Notes under the pieces: model-generated | What the model saw: the letters and a program-made list of their open reading frames with translations, nothing else | Database searches by the model: none | What the model was told of the DNA's origin: nothing | Translations under genes and position numbers: made by a program | From: Corallochytrium limacisporum Hawaii | Lineage: Eukaryota; Protista; Pluriformea | Assembly: GCA_002811645.1 (NCBI GenBank) | Contig: PDIP01000049.1 | Location: forward strand, 86,517 to 150,516 | Direction of reading: 5' to 3' | DNA: 64,000 nucleotides | Shown here: positions 10,804-22,553 of the stretch, in pieces | Layout: every line of letters begins with the position of its first letter | How positions within the stretch are numbered: position 1 is the first letter of the stretch

Positions 10804-11489
10804 AGATTTCCGAGACTATTTGCCGTTCCCAAGCCGAGGGGGAATGACGGGGAGCAGCTGGATAGGTCTGGATTGTTATGTATCTCACCACTTCAATACT
10901 GTATGACTTACAATTCCAGGAAATCATTTTGATTATTTGACCCGTTTCGTTCTCACCAACGCCCGGTCGCGCGGACACACGGACACTTTTCGAGAACAAA
11001 ACATCCCTGGCCAAATGGCCGTGACTGATTGGCTAGAATCCCATATTTTAATGATTTATTAGGAGATCAGTTTTTATTCCGGTAGAATGAGAGGGGGGAA
11101 CTGGTCGGTGGCAGGAAAAGCCACCCCGTCCCTACGCACGGCGCTCTGCCAGACCCGGGCGGTTGGCCTTGGAAAACACGGGCCCGCGAGTTCTGCGCCC
11201 TAGAGTGTGCCCCTCCAGTGGTCCTTTTGTGTGCTGCGGAAAGAGACGGTGAGGCCGTGCGCCCTTCAGGGCTCAGGACTCTTTTGGTACCATCGGCGCC
11301 GATTTACCAACGAGGTTGAAGAAACCGTCACTGTGATGGTATGTTTGAAAGACTGGGGTTGGAATTGTTAGCAGCAACAAGGCGACCCACAGACATCGTA
11401 GATTGGGTCAGGTGGCAGTACCGGAAGCGTAGCCATGACGTGATTGGTTGAGATAGCCCCAAATGTAGTCAACGCAACGAGGAAGCACA

Positions 11490-12041
11490 ATGGGACTGCT
11501 TTCAATATTGAAAAAGTTGCGCCAAAAGGAGCGCGAGGTACGTGTCCTGGTCCTTGGACTCGACAATGCTGGCAAAACGACCATCATCAAAGCCATCACC
11601 GGCCAAGACACGTCAACTATTTCACCCACCCTGGGTTTCAATATCCAAACGCTCGAACACAATGGCTATAAGCTCAACGTCTGGGACATCGGTGGACAGA
11701 AATCTCTCAGGTCATACTGGAAGAATTACTTTGAGGAGACGGAGGGACTAGTCTGGGTGGTGGACTGTGCGGACCGGCGGCGCATGAAGGATTGTGCTAT
11801 AGAATTGAAAAAGCTGCTCCAGGAAGAACGCTTGGCCGGTGCGAGTCTGCTTATCTTTGCGAATAAGCAGGATCTTGAGGGAGCTTTACCATCGGAATCG
11901 ATTCGTCAACTTCTCGATCTTGACGACATTCACTCACACCATTGGGCTATTCTGCCCTGTAGTGCGATGACAGGCGATAACCTACTGGAAGGTTTCGACT
12001 GGCTTGTCGAAGACATTGGCAGTCGTGTATTTGAGGGTTGA
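11490..12041 (+). CDS. ARL2: ADP-ribosylation factor-like GTPase 2
   Basis: [64 protein letters not shown]. Confidence 0.97.
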   Translation: MGLLSILKKLRQKEREVRVLVLGLDNAGKTTIIKAITGQDTSTISPTLGFNIQTLEHNGYKLNVWDIGGQKSLRSYWKNYFEETEGLVWVVDCADRRRMKDCAIELKKLLQEERLAGASLLIFANKQDLEGALPSESIRQLLDLDDIHSHHWAILPCSAMTGDNLLEGFDWLVEDIGSRVFEG

Positions 12042-12215
12042 TATGACAAAGAATCAATTCACTTAAGTGAGAAATAGAAAAGCATGTAATAACAAAGACT
12101 CGGTTTTGGATGTAGGTGCGCTTTGTGTTGTGTCGACCTTTGTGAATGGTGTGACAGGAAGAGTTCGTAGACGTGCTTCAGAGACCAACCACCTTTCGTG
12201 ACCTTAGATCAGTAC

Positions 12216-13892
12216 TTAGGCAGAAGCTTCAACCTCCTTCTTCAATTCATCCCGCAGGACACGGCGCAGAATCTTGCCGCTGGCAGACTTGGGGATGGCA
12301 TCCACGAAGCGCACACCACCACGCAGTTGCTTGTAGTGAGCGTTCTGGTCTGCAATATACTTCTTGACTTCGTCTTCAGAGACTTCCATACCAGTCTTCT
12401 TTACGACATAGGCAGTGGGCAGTTCGCCATCGTCTCCAGCAGGTTTGCCAATGACAGCCGCGTCGGCAATCATCGGGTGCTTCAATAGCTCTTCCTCGAG
12501 CTCGGCGGGCGGGACCTGGAAGCCCTTGTACTTGATCAGCTCCTTTAGACGGTCCACGATCCAGAAGTTTCCGTTTTCGTCAATTTCGACGATGTCACCA
12601 GTGTGCATAAACCCATCGCTACGGATAGTGTCTTTGGTGGCCTCCGTACGGTTCAGGTAGCCTTTCATAACGTTCGGGCCCTTCAACAAGAGCTCACCAC
12701 GGCCTCCCTTAGGAGCAATGGGCTTGCCACTATCGACATCGAGTACCAAGGCCTCTTGGTTCGGCAAGAGGATGCCCACCGTACCCGGTAACTTCTCTCC
12801 GCCCGGATTAGTCATGTGACTGACAGGGGATAGTTCTGTCATACCGTATCCCTGGAATAAGTGGACACCAAGCCGATTCTCCACTGCTGCTTCGGTGGCC
12901 TGACCCAGAGGAGCAGCACCGGACATGATGACCTTCAGACAGTCAACCTTGAAGTCATCGACCATCGGACTCTTGGCGAGGAGCACAGCCAATGGAGGGG
13001 CGATGTGCAGCATGGTCACCCGCTCCTCCGCAATCGTTTTCAAGAATAGCTGGGGGTCGAAGCGAGGCATCATGGAGAGTCTGACACCCAGACGCATGGC
13101 TCCCATGAGCAGTACGCACAGTCCGTAGATGTGGAAGAATGGTAGGACGGCCAGGAATGCATCCTCTCCGTCCTTGGCGAGCTTGGAGGCCAGAGGGTAT
13201 ACCTGCTCCAGGTTCGCAATCAGGTTGTGGTGTGTCAACATGACACCCTTAGGCTTGCCCGTGGTGCCGGAAGAGTAGGGGAGACAGACAATATCCTCCT
13301 TGGGATCAATCTTGGCAGGCTCGTACTGCATGTCAGCACCCTCCTTCATGAAATCCGTAGCGGAAGTGACCTTGATCTTGCTATTGTCGCCCTTGCCCTG
13401 TTCGACCTCGGGCAGACAAATGATTTCTTTGACGTGGTCTGCAGTGGCATGTACGGCCTCCAAAGCCTTGTCCAGTAGCATTCCGACAGTGAAGATGACC
13501 ACTGCTTTGGAGTCCTTGAGCTGGAACTCTATCTCATGGGCTGCGTAGGTGGGGTTGGCCGTGGTGGTGATAACACCGATAGCGGAGGCTCCCATCATCA
13601 AGGCACCATAGAGGTAGTTGTTTGGGAGCCACAGGCAGATGCAGTCGCCCTTTTTCAGACCGCGCTTGCTCAAAGCACTGGCACACATCTTTACAAGACC
13701 AGCAAACTCCTTATTGGACACACGCTTGTTGCAGGAAGTGTCAAAAATGAACTCGCGGTCTATGCGGGCAGGATCAGTGATAAAGCCCATCAGGTAATCG
13801 GTGATGCCCACGCCTTCGGGAATCTGCACCTCCGGAAGCGGGCTTTTGTAGACACCGGTCGCGGCGTCAAAAAACTGGTTTTGCTCGGGCAT
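12216..13892 (-). CDS. 4-coumarate-CoA ligase / luciferase-family acyl-CoA synthetase, copy 1 (no targeting signal seen)
   Basis: YSSGTTGKPKGV, PFFHIYG, QGYGMTE, HTGDI, DRLKELIKYKGFQVPPAELE, PKSASGKILRR. Confidence 0.95.
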   Translation of the reverse strand: MPEQNQFFDAATGVYKSPLPEVQIPEGVGITDYLMGFITDPARIDREFIFDTSCNKRVSNKEFAGLVKMCASALSKRGLKKGDCICLWLPNNYLYGALMMGASAIGVITTTANPTYAAHEIEFQLKDSKAVVIFTVGMLLDKALEAVHATADHVKEIICLPEVEQGKGDNSKIKVTSATDFMKEGADMQYEPAKIDPKEDIVCLPYSSGTTGKPKGVMLTHHNLIANLEQVYPLASKLAKDGEDAFLAVLPFFHIYGLCVLLMGAMRLGVRLSMMPRFDPQLFLKTIAEERVTMLHIAPPLAVLLAKSPMVDDFKVDCLKVIMSGAAPLGQATEAAVENRLGVHLFQGYGMTELSPVSHMTNPGGEKLPGTVGILLPNQEALVLDVDSGKPIAPKGGRGELLLKGPNVMKGYLNRTEATKDTIRSDGFMHTGDIVEIDENGNFWIVDRLKELIKYKGFQVPPAELEEELLKHPMIADAAVIGKPAGDDGELPTAYVVKKTGMEVSEDEVKKYIADQNAHYKQLRGGVRFVDAIPKSASGKILRRVLRDELKKEVEASA

Positions 13893-15610
13893 GATTGCTT
13901 AACTTTTGTGCAGAGATATCGCTAGACTTAGAACCGCGAAACGTCAAATCCTTCGGGAACGCTGCTCTTAGTTGGTCGTTGCTGGGCATTTCTCGCACTA
14001 CACATTCATTGCACCCACAAGTACCTCACCATTACACAAGGTACCAGGACTGTCCAATTGCGATGTGTCCATTCCTTCAGTCCTTATCATCCCGGCCTTC
14101 GTGGAACTGAGGTGATCATCCAAACTCCACCCTCTCCCCCGGCGGTCCAACCCCCCCCCAAAAACAGAACTGGTACTCTACACACTGGAGACCCAATCAT
14201 ACACAGCGCACTCGTTCTAATGTGCTTCTGTGGGTGTATTTTGCAACTAATCCCAACCCCGGCGACTATGGTCGCGGAATGAAGATCACTCGCCGCAAAC
14301 CTCATCAGAACGTAGCCTATGCGCATATTATTAAGCGCAAGTACGACGTACGGGAATCATCGATCAATGGAATTGTGCCCCGAGTGGTAGGCAACCGCGG
14401 AGGCAAGCACGGAGAAGCATCCAACACTGTACACCTGCTGGGCAGACCTTAAAATTGCCTGCCAAAACACAAAAACAGGCAAAGCACAGAGTCAGTGTAC
14501 CGCCCAGCACCAGTCCGCAAATTGCAATCGTCGTCAAAGACTTGCTGCTTTAATCAGTCACCAACCCACAGCAGGGGGTACGGGAAAATGCCGGGCCCGG
14601 GGCCCATATAAGGCCTGCAACCCCCCTTGTCTCCACGCCCCTTGACTCCATTTCAATCTCCCAGGGTTGACCCCAAGATTTGCCTGCTGGCAGGAACTGA
14701 GTATCCTGGTATGTTCTCTGGAAAGCAGAATGGTAGTTGACGGCGGTGGTCATCATCATCTTGCATGCTGCTGCGTCATGATGAACGTAACTATCTGTGA
14801 TGCACGCTTGTGTCTTTTCGTGGCCGTTGCTCCGGTTTGCGAACGTGACATGTCTCTAGTGGCTGAAAATACAATCTTACGCGGGTAGGACACGTGCGAT
14901 GTGTATATCGCTCTGTGTGTGTGAGAGTGCGGTTGCGTGTGTTTAATCAGTGGCATATGGCAGAATTCCAAAACAGCGTTTGATGGCCAGCGCGAACGCA
15001 AAGCATCCCAACTACAAATTCATCATTGTCGCACAAATAACTCGGAGACATTTTGGAATCTGTATATTGTGGACTTGCTTTTGTATACAACAACACGCAA
15101 ATTGTTGTTGGAGATGAGTGCTGTTGTGGCGAAGCTACACGGTCGTCGATGGGTTGCGCAGACCCCGCACAGAATCTCACCGTCATCTCCTACCGGTTTG
15201 GAACAGAACCGTTTTGGTCTCCGGCAATACAAGAAGTAACTGGTCGTCCACATACACACACAGAGTTAGCAATCGACGGCGTGTTCACTGACCAGCCTTT
15301 TCCTTTGGAGGATTTCCGCTGGTTTCACAGAAGCCGCGGAAGGAGCGGCTAGAGCGCTTCCACGTCCGCTGGACTTTACTTTGACCCAGTGCGCACACAG
15401 TGTCATGCTACCACTAAAAGTATAAAGTCATCAACAAAGAATCTACCACTGCCGATGAAGACAGCTACCACAGTTTCGAATTCTGTTGTCGTGTTTGTTT
15501 TCCGAAGTGCTGAGTCAGAGCGCGTCCCCGAACCGCTCTAATTTGACGTATCTTTGTCCACCGCCTAGTATTACATATACCCAGCATTAAATTGCACAAC
15601 AGTGGCGCGA

Positions 15611-15630
15611 CCCCCCCCCCGGGGGGGGGG
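15611..15630. promoter_or_regulatory. Perfect C10G10 palindrome, orphan island
   Basis: CCCCCCCCCCGGGGGGGGGG; no convincing start codon nearby. Confidence 0.4.
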
Positions 15631-16071
15631 ACAACCCCCTTGGATCCGTTTGCAAAGGGGGCAAGGAAGTCTCAGACTAAACTCCCTCCTTACCAAAGAT
15701 TTTTGATCCCCCATGAAACCGAGAGTCCGCAAACAGACACATGACCGATGATGTCCTTGAATAAACAGATGATATGTGCAATTTGTGCATGTACAGCACT
15801 CGGCAAGAGATGATGTTCGCTGCAAGTGAATCTGGGTGCAGTCTCCGCTCCTCTCAGAGTTCGAGCGGAATCAGTGCCCCCTGTTTCCAATGTTCTGCGC
15901 AGGGTTCGTGTGCTGTCCCTACCGCTAAAAATAGATTACTTGTTTTCGACGAGGTCAGTATATATTGTACGCGCCAAGCAGCCACGCTGAGTTGGCCGAG
16001 AGATGATTATTGAACACGCATAGGGGAGTTTTATTCTTGTGAAGATTTTCAAGCGGGAGAGGGTGCAGTGA

Positions 16072-17892
16072 TTAGTAACCCTCGGCTTCAGCTTCCTTCT
16101 TGAGCTCATCCCGCAGCACCCTCCGCAGCACCTTGCCACTTGCACTCGCGGGGATCTCATCGACGAAGCGTACGCCTCCCCGCAGCTGCTTGTGGGGCGC
16201 GACACGTTCAGCGATGTAGCCCTTCACTTCGTCCTCCGAAACTTTGGCACCCTCCGCAAGCTTCACGTATCCAACGGGCAGCTCTCCGAAGTCACCGTGC
16301 GGCTTGCCGACCACAGCAGCGGCGACAATCTGTGGATGCGTCAGCAACTCGTCCTCAAGCTCCGCAGGCGGAACCTGGAAACCCTTGTACTTGATCAGCT
16401 CCTTGAGGCGGTCCACCACGAACATATAGCCGTCTTTGTCGATCTCGACAATATCACCAGTGTGCATAAAGCCATCATCACGAATGGTTTCCTTGGTGGC
16501 ATCGTCGCGACCCAGGTAGCCCTTCATCACATTTGGTCCGCGGATTAGCAGCTCACCGCGCCGGCCATCGCCCGGGGGGAGCGGCTCACCACTCTCGACG
16601 TCGAGGATAATCATTTCAATGTTTGGAACGGCGACACCACAGCTGCCTGGCCTGATAGCGGTGCAGGGATTGAGGTGGGCCACGGGGGACAGTTCAGTCA
16701 TACCATAACCCTGTCCAACACTGATACCCGTGCGCTTGGCCACAGCCTCTTGGGTCGCAAGTCCAAGTGGAGCAGCAGCGGACATAACGTACTTGACAGA
16801 GCTTAGGTCAAACTTATCCACAATTGGATGGCTGGCCATCATGAGGGCAATGGGAGGCGCAATATGCACCATGGTGAGCTTCTCATTCTGAATGATCTCA
16901 AAGAACTGGACTGGATCAAACTTGGGCATGATCGGCATCTTGCAACCGCGGTAGATGGCATGCCACATAATGACAACCATACCGTAGATATGGAAGAAGG
17001 GCATCAGGCCGAGCACGCTGTCTTCATTGGGCGCCATATGCGGGTCCATGGCGGCAGCGTACTGCATCACGTTGGCGACGACGTTGTAATGAGTAAGCAT
17101 GACACCTTTTGGGCGCCCAGTGGTACCAGAGCTGTACGGTAGGCAAACGAGATCGTTCATGGGATCAATGAGTGGAGAACTGTAACTCTGACCGTGACCA
17201 CTAGCCATGAACTCCATGAAAGACGTCAACTTGATCTTGTTCTGGTACTTGGCACCGCCTTCGAGGTACTCTTCCGGTACCTTACCATCAGCGGACAACA
17301 CAATTATTTCCTTGACGTGGTCTGCCGTTGCGTGGACTGCCTCAATGGCCAGGTCGAGCAGGAGGGGAATGGTGGTGAGAAGAGTGGCTCCAGAGTCATT
17401 GAGCTGGAACTCAATTTCATGGGCGTGGTATGTCGGATTTGCCGTGGTGATCGTGGTGCCAACTTCGCAGGCTCCGAGGTACAGGGCCGGGTAAGCAGCA
17501 GTGTTCGGCAACCATAGGCAGAAGGTATCGCCCTTGCCCATCCCGCGCACAGTCAGGGCACCAGCAATGGCGTTAATCATGCCCTTCAGCTCTCCATACG
17601 TTACCTTACGGCCGCCGGCTCCGTAGTCGACCATGGTAACCTGCTCTGGTGGGTATTGATCAATTGCCTCCATCATGAACTTATTGAAGGGCTTGTCAGT
17701 AGGAATGTCCAGGGGTGCCATTCGGCTCTTGTAGATGCCCGTAGACTTGTCGTAAAAGTCATCCAGTATAAGGGAGTCGGAGGCGTAGGCGCGGCGCACG
17801 AAGGGTACCGCTATGCTCTTGGGGGCAGTGAACAAGGCACGGCGCACCGTAGTGGCTGCCACTGCCCGGAGGCTGAACCTGCTGGCCAACAT
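16072..17892 (-). CDS. 4CL/luciferase-family acyl-CoA synthetase, copy 2, with mitochondrial presequence
   Basis: Same ANL-family motifs as copy 1; N-terminus MLASRFSLRAVAATTVRRALF...VRRAYAS has an R-3-type cleavage motif. Confidence 0.95.
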   Translation of the reverse strand: MLASRFSLRAVAATTVRRALFTAPKSIAVPFVRRAYASDSLILDDFYDKSTGIYKSRMAPLDIPTDKPFNKFMMEAIDQYPPEQVTMVDYGAGGRKVTYGELKGMINAIAGALTVRGMGKGDTFCLWLPNTAAYPALYLGACEVGTTITTANPTYHAHEIEFQLNDSGATLLTTIPLLLDLAIEAVHATADHVKEIIVLSADGKVPEEYLEGGAKYQNKIKLTSFMEFMASGHGQSYSSPLIDPMNDLVCLPYSSGTTGRPKGVMLTHYNVVANVMQYAAAMDPHMAPNEDSVLGLMPFFHIYGMVVIMWHAIYRGCKMPIMPKFDPVQFFEIIQNEKLTMVHIAPPIALMMASHPIVDKFDLSSVKYVMSAAAPLGLATQEAVAKRTGISVGQGYGMTELSPVAHLNPCTAIRPGSCGVAVPNIEMIILDVESGEPLPPGDGRRGELLIRGPNVMKGYLGRDDATKETIRDDGFMHTGDIVEIDKDGYMFVVDRLKELIKYKGFQVPPAELEDELLTHPQIVAAAVVGKPHGDFGELPVGYVKLAEGAKVSEDEVKGYIAERVAPHKQLRGGVRFVDEIPASASGKVLRRVLRDELKKEAEAEGY

Positions 17893-19191
17893 CGTTTGCT
17901 ACGTCAGCTGTTTCCTATCTCTGGTCCGCTCTCGAGACGTTTGATAAGGTGGTCTTAAGTGCTGGTAGTTTTGACATTGATCACTTTCTCAAGTATGAGG
18001 TTGGTCATCTCTACGGTGTAAAGTACCAGTGGAACGGCGAGAAACAAGCCATATCTGAATCGGGGCACTCTTAAGGTCTAGGCGGAATGAACAAACCGCG
18101 GATACTTCTCACTTCAATCATCCACTTTCAAGCAACCGTAACACTCGTCCGTACTGGCTGAAGGGATGCCTCGGAGTTCTATGCTTCATCGAAGGCTTAA
18201 ACTAATTTTCTTGGGGGGGGGGGCCGCCAGTATAGCTCTTCAGAACAATGGCACAACCCACCGCCACCAGTGCTAGACTGCGAGAATGTTCTCTGGTGGG
18301 CAATATCATGGTGGTACACTGTAATGCAGCGCTGACTGCTGTTCCATCTGCCTGTTGAATGATGATCACTCGAACATGCTAGCCGAATGTGTGTGCACGA
18401 TACGGTGTGCGAACGGTACAATTGTCTAGTAGTCTGTTGATCGTTTGTTTGCTCTTGTTCTTCTGATTTGCTGCTGTGGATGCTGTGGGTTTGCGGCCTA
18501 ACAGTTTATCTGATTTCTTTATCCTCATGGGCTCCCGAGTTCACAGTTTCTATTATGCCGAGCCTTTTACCCACTTCAAGGGTGGGCAATTTGTACGAGT
18601 TTGCAGGAATACATTCCGCGGAGAGCTTGCTTCCTAAAGTAATGCCTCTCCAAGGAAGGCAAAGCCGAGAGAGGGCTGCCCCACCGTGCAGCTCAAGTAT
18701 GCAGCGGCCATGCATTAAGAGTAGCGTAGCGTTAACGGGGACCACCCGAATGCACCACCATATGTAAAAGCACAACATGCTAAAGGGCCTGGCTAATAAT
18801 AGCCAGTTTGCAGCCCAATCATTGATTTACTGCTCATCCTTAATTCCTCTATTTTTTTAAGGCACTGGCTTTTTTCCTTTTTTTTTCGCCTCCTTTCGTA
18901 GAGGGCCCAAAGGTCTCCACCCAAGCGGTCTTACCGGGTAATTGCTTCTCCACGATACTTTCACTACTCAGCACAGCGTGACCAGCATTCTTTCTTGGAA
19001 ACGCCGGGGTACAAGCCAACAGTGGAAAAAAGACCGTGAGGAGTTGAGGCCCTTGCGGAAATTGAGGCCCCCGTTTGCTGGGAGTCAGGGAGTTGGAGGC
19101 CCGTTGAGCAAAGGAGTGATGTATTTCGTGCTCCTCAGGATGATGAGCAAGTACACTTGGACCTTGTGCATGCTAAATGTAAATTTCGAAT

Positions 19192-20937
19192 CTATTCCAC
19201 AGTAACCGTAAGTTTCACAATATTTGTCTCCTCAATGCCCCCACTGTGACCTCTACGACCAGTCTCTGGCACCTTTACGTCGCTCGTAGAGTCCTCGGCG
19301 CGCACAGTGATGTCATAAGTTCCAGGCTCAAGTCCCTCCAACTTGAACTGGAAGGGATAGATAGGTTCGTCAGAAAGCCATCTACGACCTTGACAGTGGT
19401 ATCCCTTCCCTTCATAGTTAGGGGGCATGGTGGTACCAATGTCGGCCAAGACTAGAGTGTGTCCCCTTGTGAGGGCCTTGCCCTGGTGTGAGCTCACAGG
19501 GTAAGTGGTGGCTTGGTTGGCGTTCACAGCCCTGGCATTGTAATCCAAAGATGATCCGCTCTTTGCCAAATATGCATTGAACAACACAGGCCGGGTCTGG
19601 TCAACTGCAAGGTCAAACTCTACGGTAATTGCGCCAGGTGCTTCAGAAACCACCTGCTGGACGCCCGGTCGAGAACTGGGATTAGCGTTATCTGGTTTAC
19701 CTTTAGACATGAAGTAAAGGGCCGATGCATCACATCGCTCGAGGTATCCATTTGCAGAAGAGAACCATTGAGGAGCTGCGACATCTTTCGGTAGGTTTTC
19801 ATATGCTACATTAGAGCTTAACTGGACACTTTTGTTGGTAATGGACGGAAGCATACCATACGTCTGCAAAATCGTCATGTACTCATGCCAGTCTTCGGAT
19901 TCGGGGGCTTTGGACGGATCCTCCCAGTAGTCTAGTTCAATGACAATGGCAAAATTGTCGGTTCGAGAGGCCTCAGCCATTATTTTGGGCATCCAGAAGT
20001 TCTGGTTCACTGGCCAGCTCGCTTCGTAGGGACTGGTTGCAACCGCGTAAGTTGGATACCAGCTATGGTAGTAGCTTTCAAACATTATGACGTCAGCATA
20101 CTGGACGGGATTGAAGGAGTAATGGAACGAGTAATGTGGCGAGAAGTAGAAAGGAGCGCCGTTCCACATGAGAAGTGAGCTGGGGAAGTTCTCCTTGAAT
20201 GCCTTTGCCAACTGGTATCCACCCTCGGCAACGAAACCACGACCGTACCATGGGTCCGCATCACCAACGGTGTCGAAGAAAATGCCATCGAAACCAAAGT
20301 CGTTGAGCCAGTGGTTAGCCTCATCTAAAGTCAGGGCCTGCCAGTCCGGGCTTCTTGGGTCCACATAGTAGGTACCCCAGTCCCCGTTCACCCAGAGAGT
20401 GCAGTTACCGTGCTCCGAAAGATAAAAATCAGCAACACCTTGATGCATGTGTCGAGAGTCACCTTGTTCAAATGTGGTAGGGCCTTTTCTATCGCCATGA
20501 TAAACACCTCCATCGAGAGTCTTTGGGATACCAGACCCCTCTTCACCAATTGACATGTACATGAACACCGCAACGTCGTCATCAGTACCAGGTTGACCGT
20601 CCCTTCCCGCTTGGAGATCCTCTAAATTTGCCTGCATTTGGGCGTCGGTTCCACTGAAACTACCCCAACTCAGAAGCACCATGTCGAAGTCCTTCCACGG
20701 TTCATAAACTGTTTTTTCCGTCCAGTCAGCATAATTGATGGTCCAATTGCGATATTTCTTAAGTGGACGGATGTTTATACCACCATAGTTGGATTGATTA
20801 GTCTTTGTTCCTCCTTCATACAGAGTTCCATAACTGTTCTTCACACCGCTGTATGTGCATCTGTGGGGGAGAGCTTGACATCCTGTGACTAGCGCCAAGC
20901 CCAGTAGAGCGGCCACAAAAATTGATTTACAACCCAT
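19192..20937 (-). CDS. Secreted GH114/PelA-like TIM-barrel glycoside hydrolase with C-terminal Fn3-like domain
   Basis: Signal peptide; YMSIGEE, WGTYYVDPRSPDWQ, GFDGIFFDTVGD, VIMFESYY; GLEPGTYDITVRAED. Confidence 0.7.
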   Translation of the reverse strand: MGCKSIFVAALLGLALVTGCQALPHRCTYSGVKNSYGTLYEGGTKTNQSNYGGINIRPLKKYRNWTINYADWTEKTVYEPWKDFDMVLLSWGSFSGTDAQMQANLEDLQAGRDGQPGTDDDVAVFMYMSIGEEGSGIPKTLDGGVYHGDRKGPTTFEQGDSRHMHQGVADFYLSEHGNCTLWVNGDWGTYYVDPRSPDWQALTLDEANHWLNDFGFDGIFFDTVGDADPWYGRGFVAEGGYQLAKAFKENFPSSLLMWNGAPFYFSPHYSFHYSFNPVQYADVIMFESYYHSWYPTYAVATSPYEASWPVNQNFWMPKIMAEASRTDNFAIVIELDYWEDPSKAPESEDWHEYMTILQTYGMLPSITNKSVQLSSNVAYENLPKDVAAPQWFSSANGYLERCDASALYFMSKGKPDNANPSSRPGVQQVVSEAPGAITVEFDLAVDQTRPVLFNAYLAKSGSSLDYNARAVNANQATTYPVSSHQGKALTRGHTLVLADIGTTMPPNYEGKGYHCQGRRWLSDEPIYPFQFKLEGLEPGTYDITVRAEDSTSDVKVPETGRRGHSGGIEETNIVKLTVTVE

Positions 20938-21256
20938 GTCGGACTCCTTTCTTTAAGCAACGATGTATTGATATCTTTAGAGAATCTAGAAACTTAATCA
21001 CTTGGTTCGATCAATGGATACGACTCTCTGGTCATGCATGATCGGCCCAGGGTGCGTACTGCATTCAAATACCTCCTCGTCCGTCTGAAACATGATAGCC
21101 TTCAGTTGACTATCATGTCGCAGTACATCTATGATAACGATACTCCTCGTCTTTCTTGTAAGCTGCGATGGGCGTTCTCATCATCTTCCGTGCATTGAGG
21201 TCGGCACCCAGGTGCACCGTTCCCGTGTCAGGACCGTCGGATCGAACACGTCGTGT

Positions 21257-21729
21257 CCCCCCTCCCCCCCTTTCCCCCCTCGGCCCCAGTCCACCCGGGG
21301 CGGATAGTCCTTCGCCCTTCCCTCCCGAGAGCTCTCCTCCGTGACGACAGCGACAGTGTACGCAATAAAAACACTCTGAAACTAATCGAAAACCCCCCCC
21401 TGGAGGGGGGCAAGCTACCCGGAAATTCTAGCCCCCCCTTCCCACCTTGCCCACCATCGCCTCCCTTTCCCGTCTTCCCTCCCCGCCCTTTCGCACTGGC
21501 TTCCCGTTTTTGTAAGGGGCACTACCCCTTGGAGATCTTGTCCTGCCGGCCCTTGGCTAATGAGGGAAGGGAGGGAAGCGGAGGAAAGGGGGGGGGGGAG
21601 TGGAGCTGAGACCCACCGGAGGGATCGAGCGGTTGAAGGAAATTGAAACCCCTCTGCTACCTCGGAGTCTTGGGTGCTGGTGGTTTTGGTAGATAAAGTG
21701 TAGTCAGGGAAAAAAAGCGGGGGGGGGGG
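21257..21729. promoter_or_regulatory. Extended C-run then G-run island upstream of the GH114-like gene
   Basis: C-rich 21257-21295, C8-TGGA-G6 at 21393-21410, G11 at 21588 and 21719. Confidence 0.5.
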
Positions 21730-22553
21730 CTCGTACAAGTGTGCACGCAGGGAAAACACTGTGTACGCACACCGCAGTGTGCCGATAAACCATGATCGAC
21801 CGAATTGCTTCTCAGACCTGCCTCGGTAGCGAAAGAAATAGGAGAGTTTGAGCACTCCGAGGGTCGGCGCGTGTGCGTTCTGCGGCCACAGTGGAAGAAG
21901 GAAGCTTTCTTCAGGTTCGTTTTTCATCGTCCAGATGGGATCGTTCCAGGACCACGAAACGTCGTAAGGGTTCTGGTGAGGCGGCCTGCGTACCGACCGT
22001 ACGATGGGCGAAATGTGGTCACCACAGCAGGATAAACTGCGTAGAATTTGACAGATGAATTGAAAAGCTCCTACAGGCACGACCGGGACGGTTCATCTCT
22101 AGTCGGCATTGAACAGGTCACTCCAGACAACATCAAGAACGCGCACAATCCATGCGCTGCTGCGTTCTGAGAGACAAGATATTAATGGTCGTTACCTCAG
22201 GTGGTGATACCACTTTCATCACCGCGTCATCCACACTCACAATACAAGTATCGAAAAATTAGAGACACACACATTAAACTCGCGTATTCTTCATGAGATT
22301 GTTTCCTTTGAAGCACCTGTGCGCGATCCTAATTATCGAACAGTACGAAAGCACTCTTAAGTTCAGCCGGGCGGCCCAAATTCATTATATTCCAAATACA
22401 TGGCGCGTCCACCTTTACTTAGATTGAAGGGTTGCACCCCAACTACATCCCGACCACTGTATAACAGTAAAGAGTACATCAGCTAGAGATTTTGTGTAAT
22501 ATGCTGCTAAGTTAGGACCCCAGGCCGACTCAAGTCAGTTTCACAGGCCCACA

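Noticed and set aside
12204-16074. Cryptic PTS1 by stop readthrough in the 4CL-like genes
   Set aside because: Both stop at TAA; readthrough gives VLI-stop or a long tail without an SKL-type end
12216-17892. Bioluminescence (luciferase) system
   Set aside because: Shared motifs are generic to the ANL adenylating family; nothing specific to light emission
18562-18571. GCCTTTTAC resembling U5 snRNA loop 1
   Set aside because: Flanks do not pair into the U5 stem; no convincing Sm site arrangement
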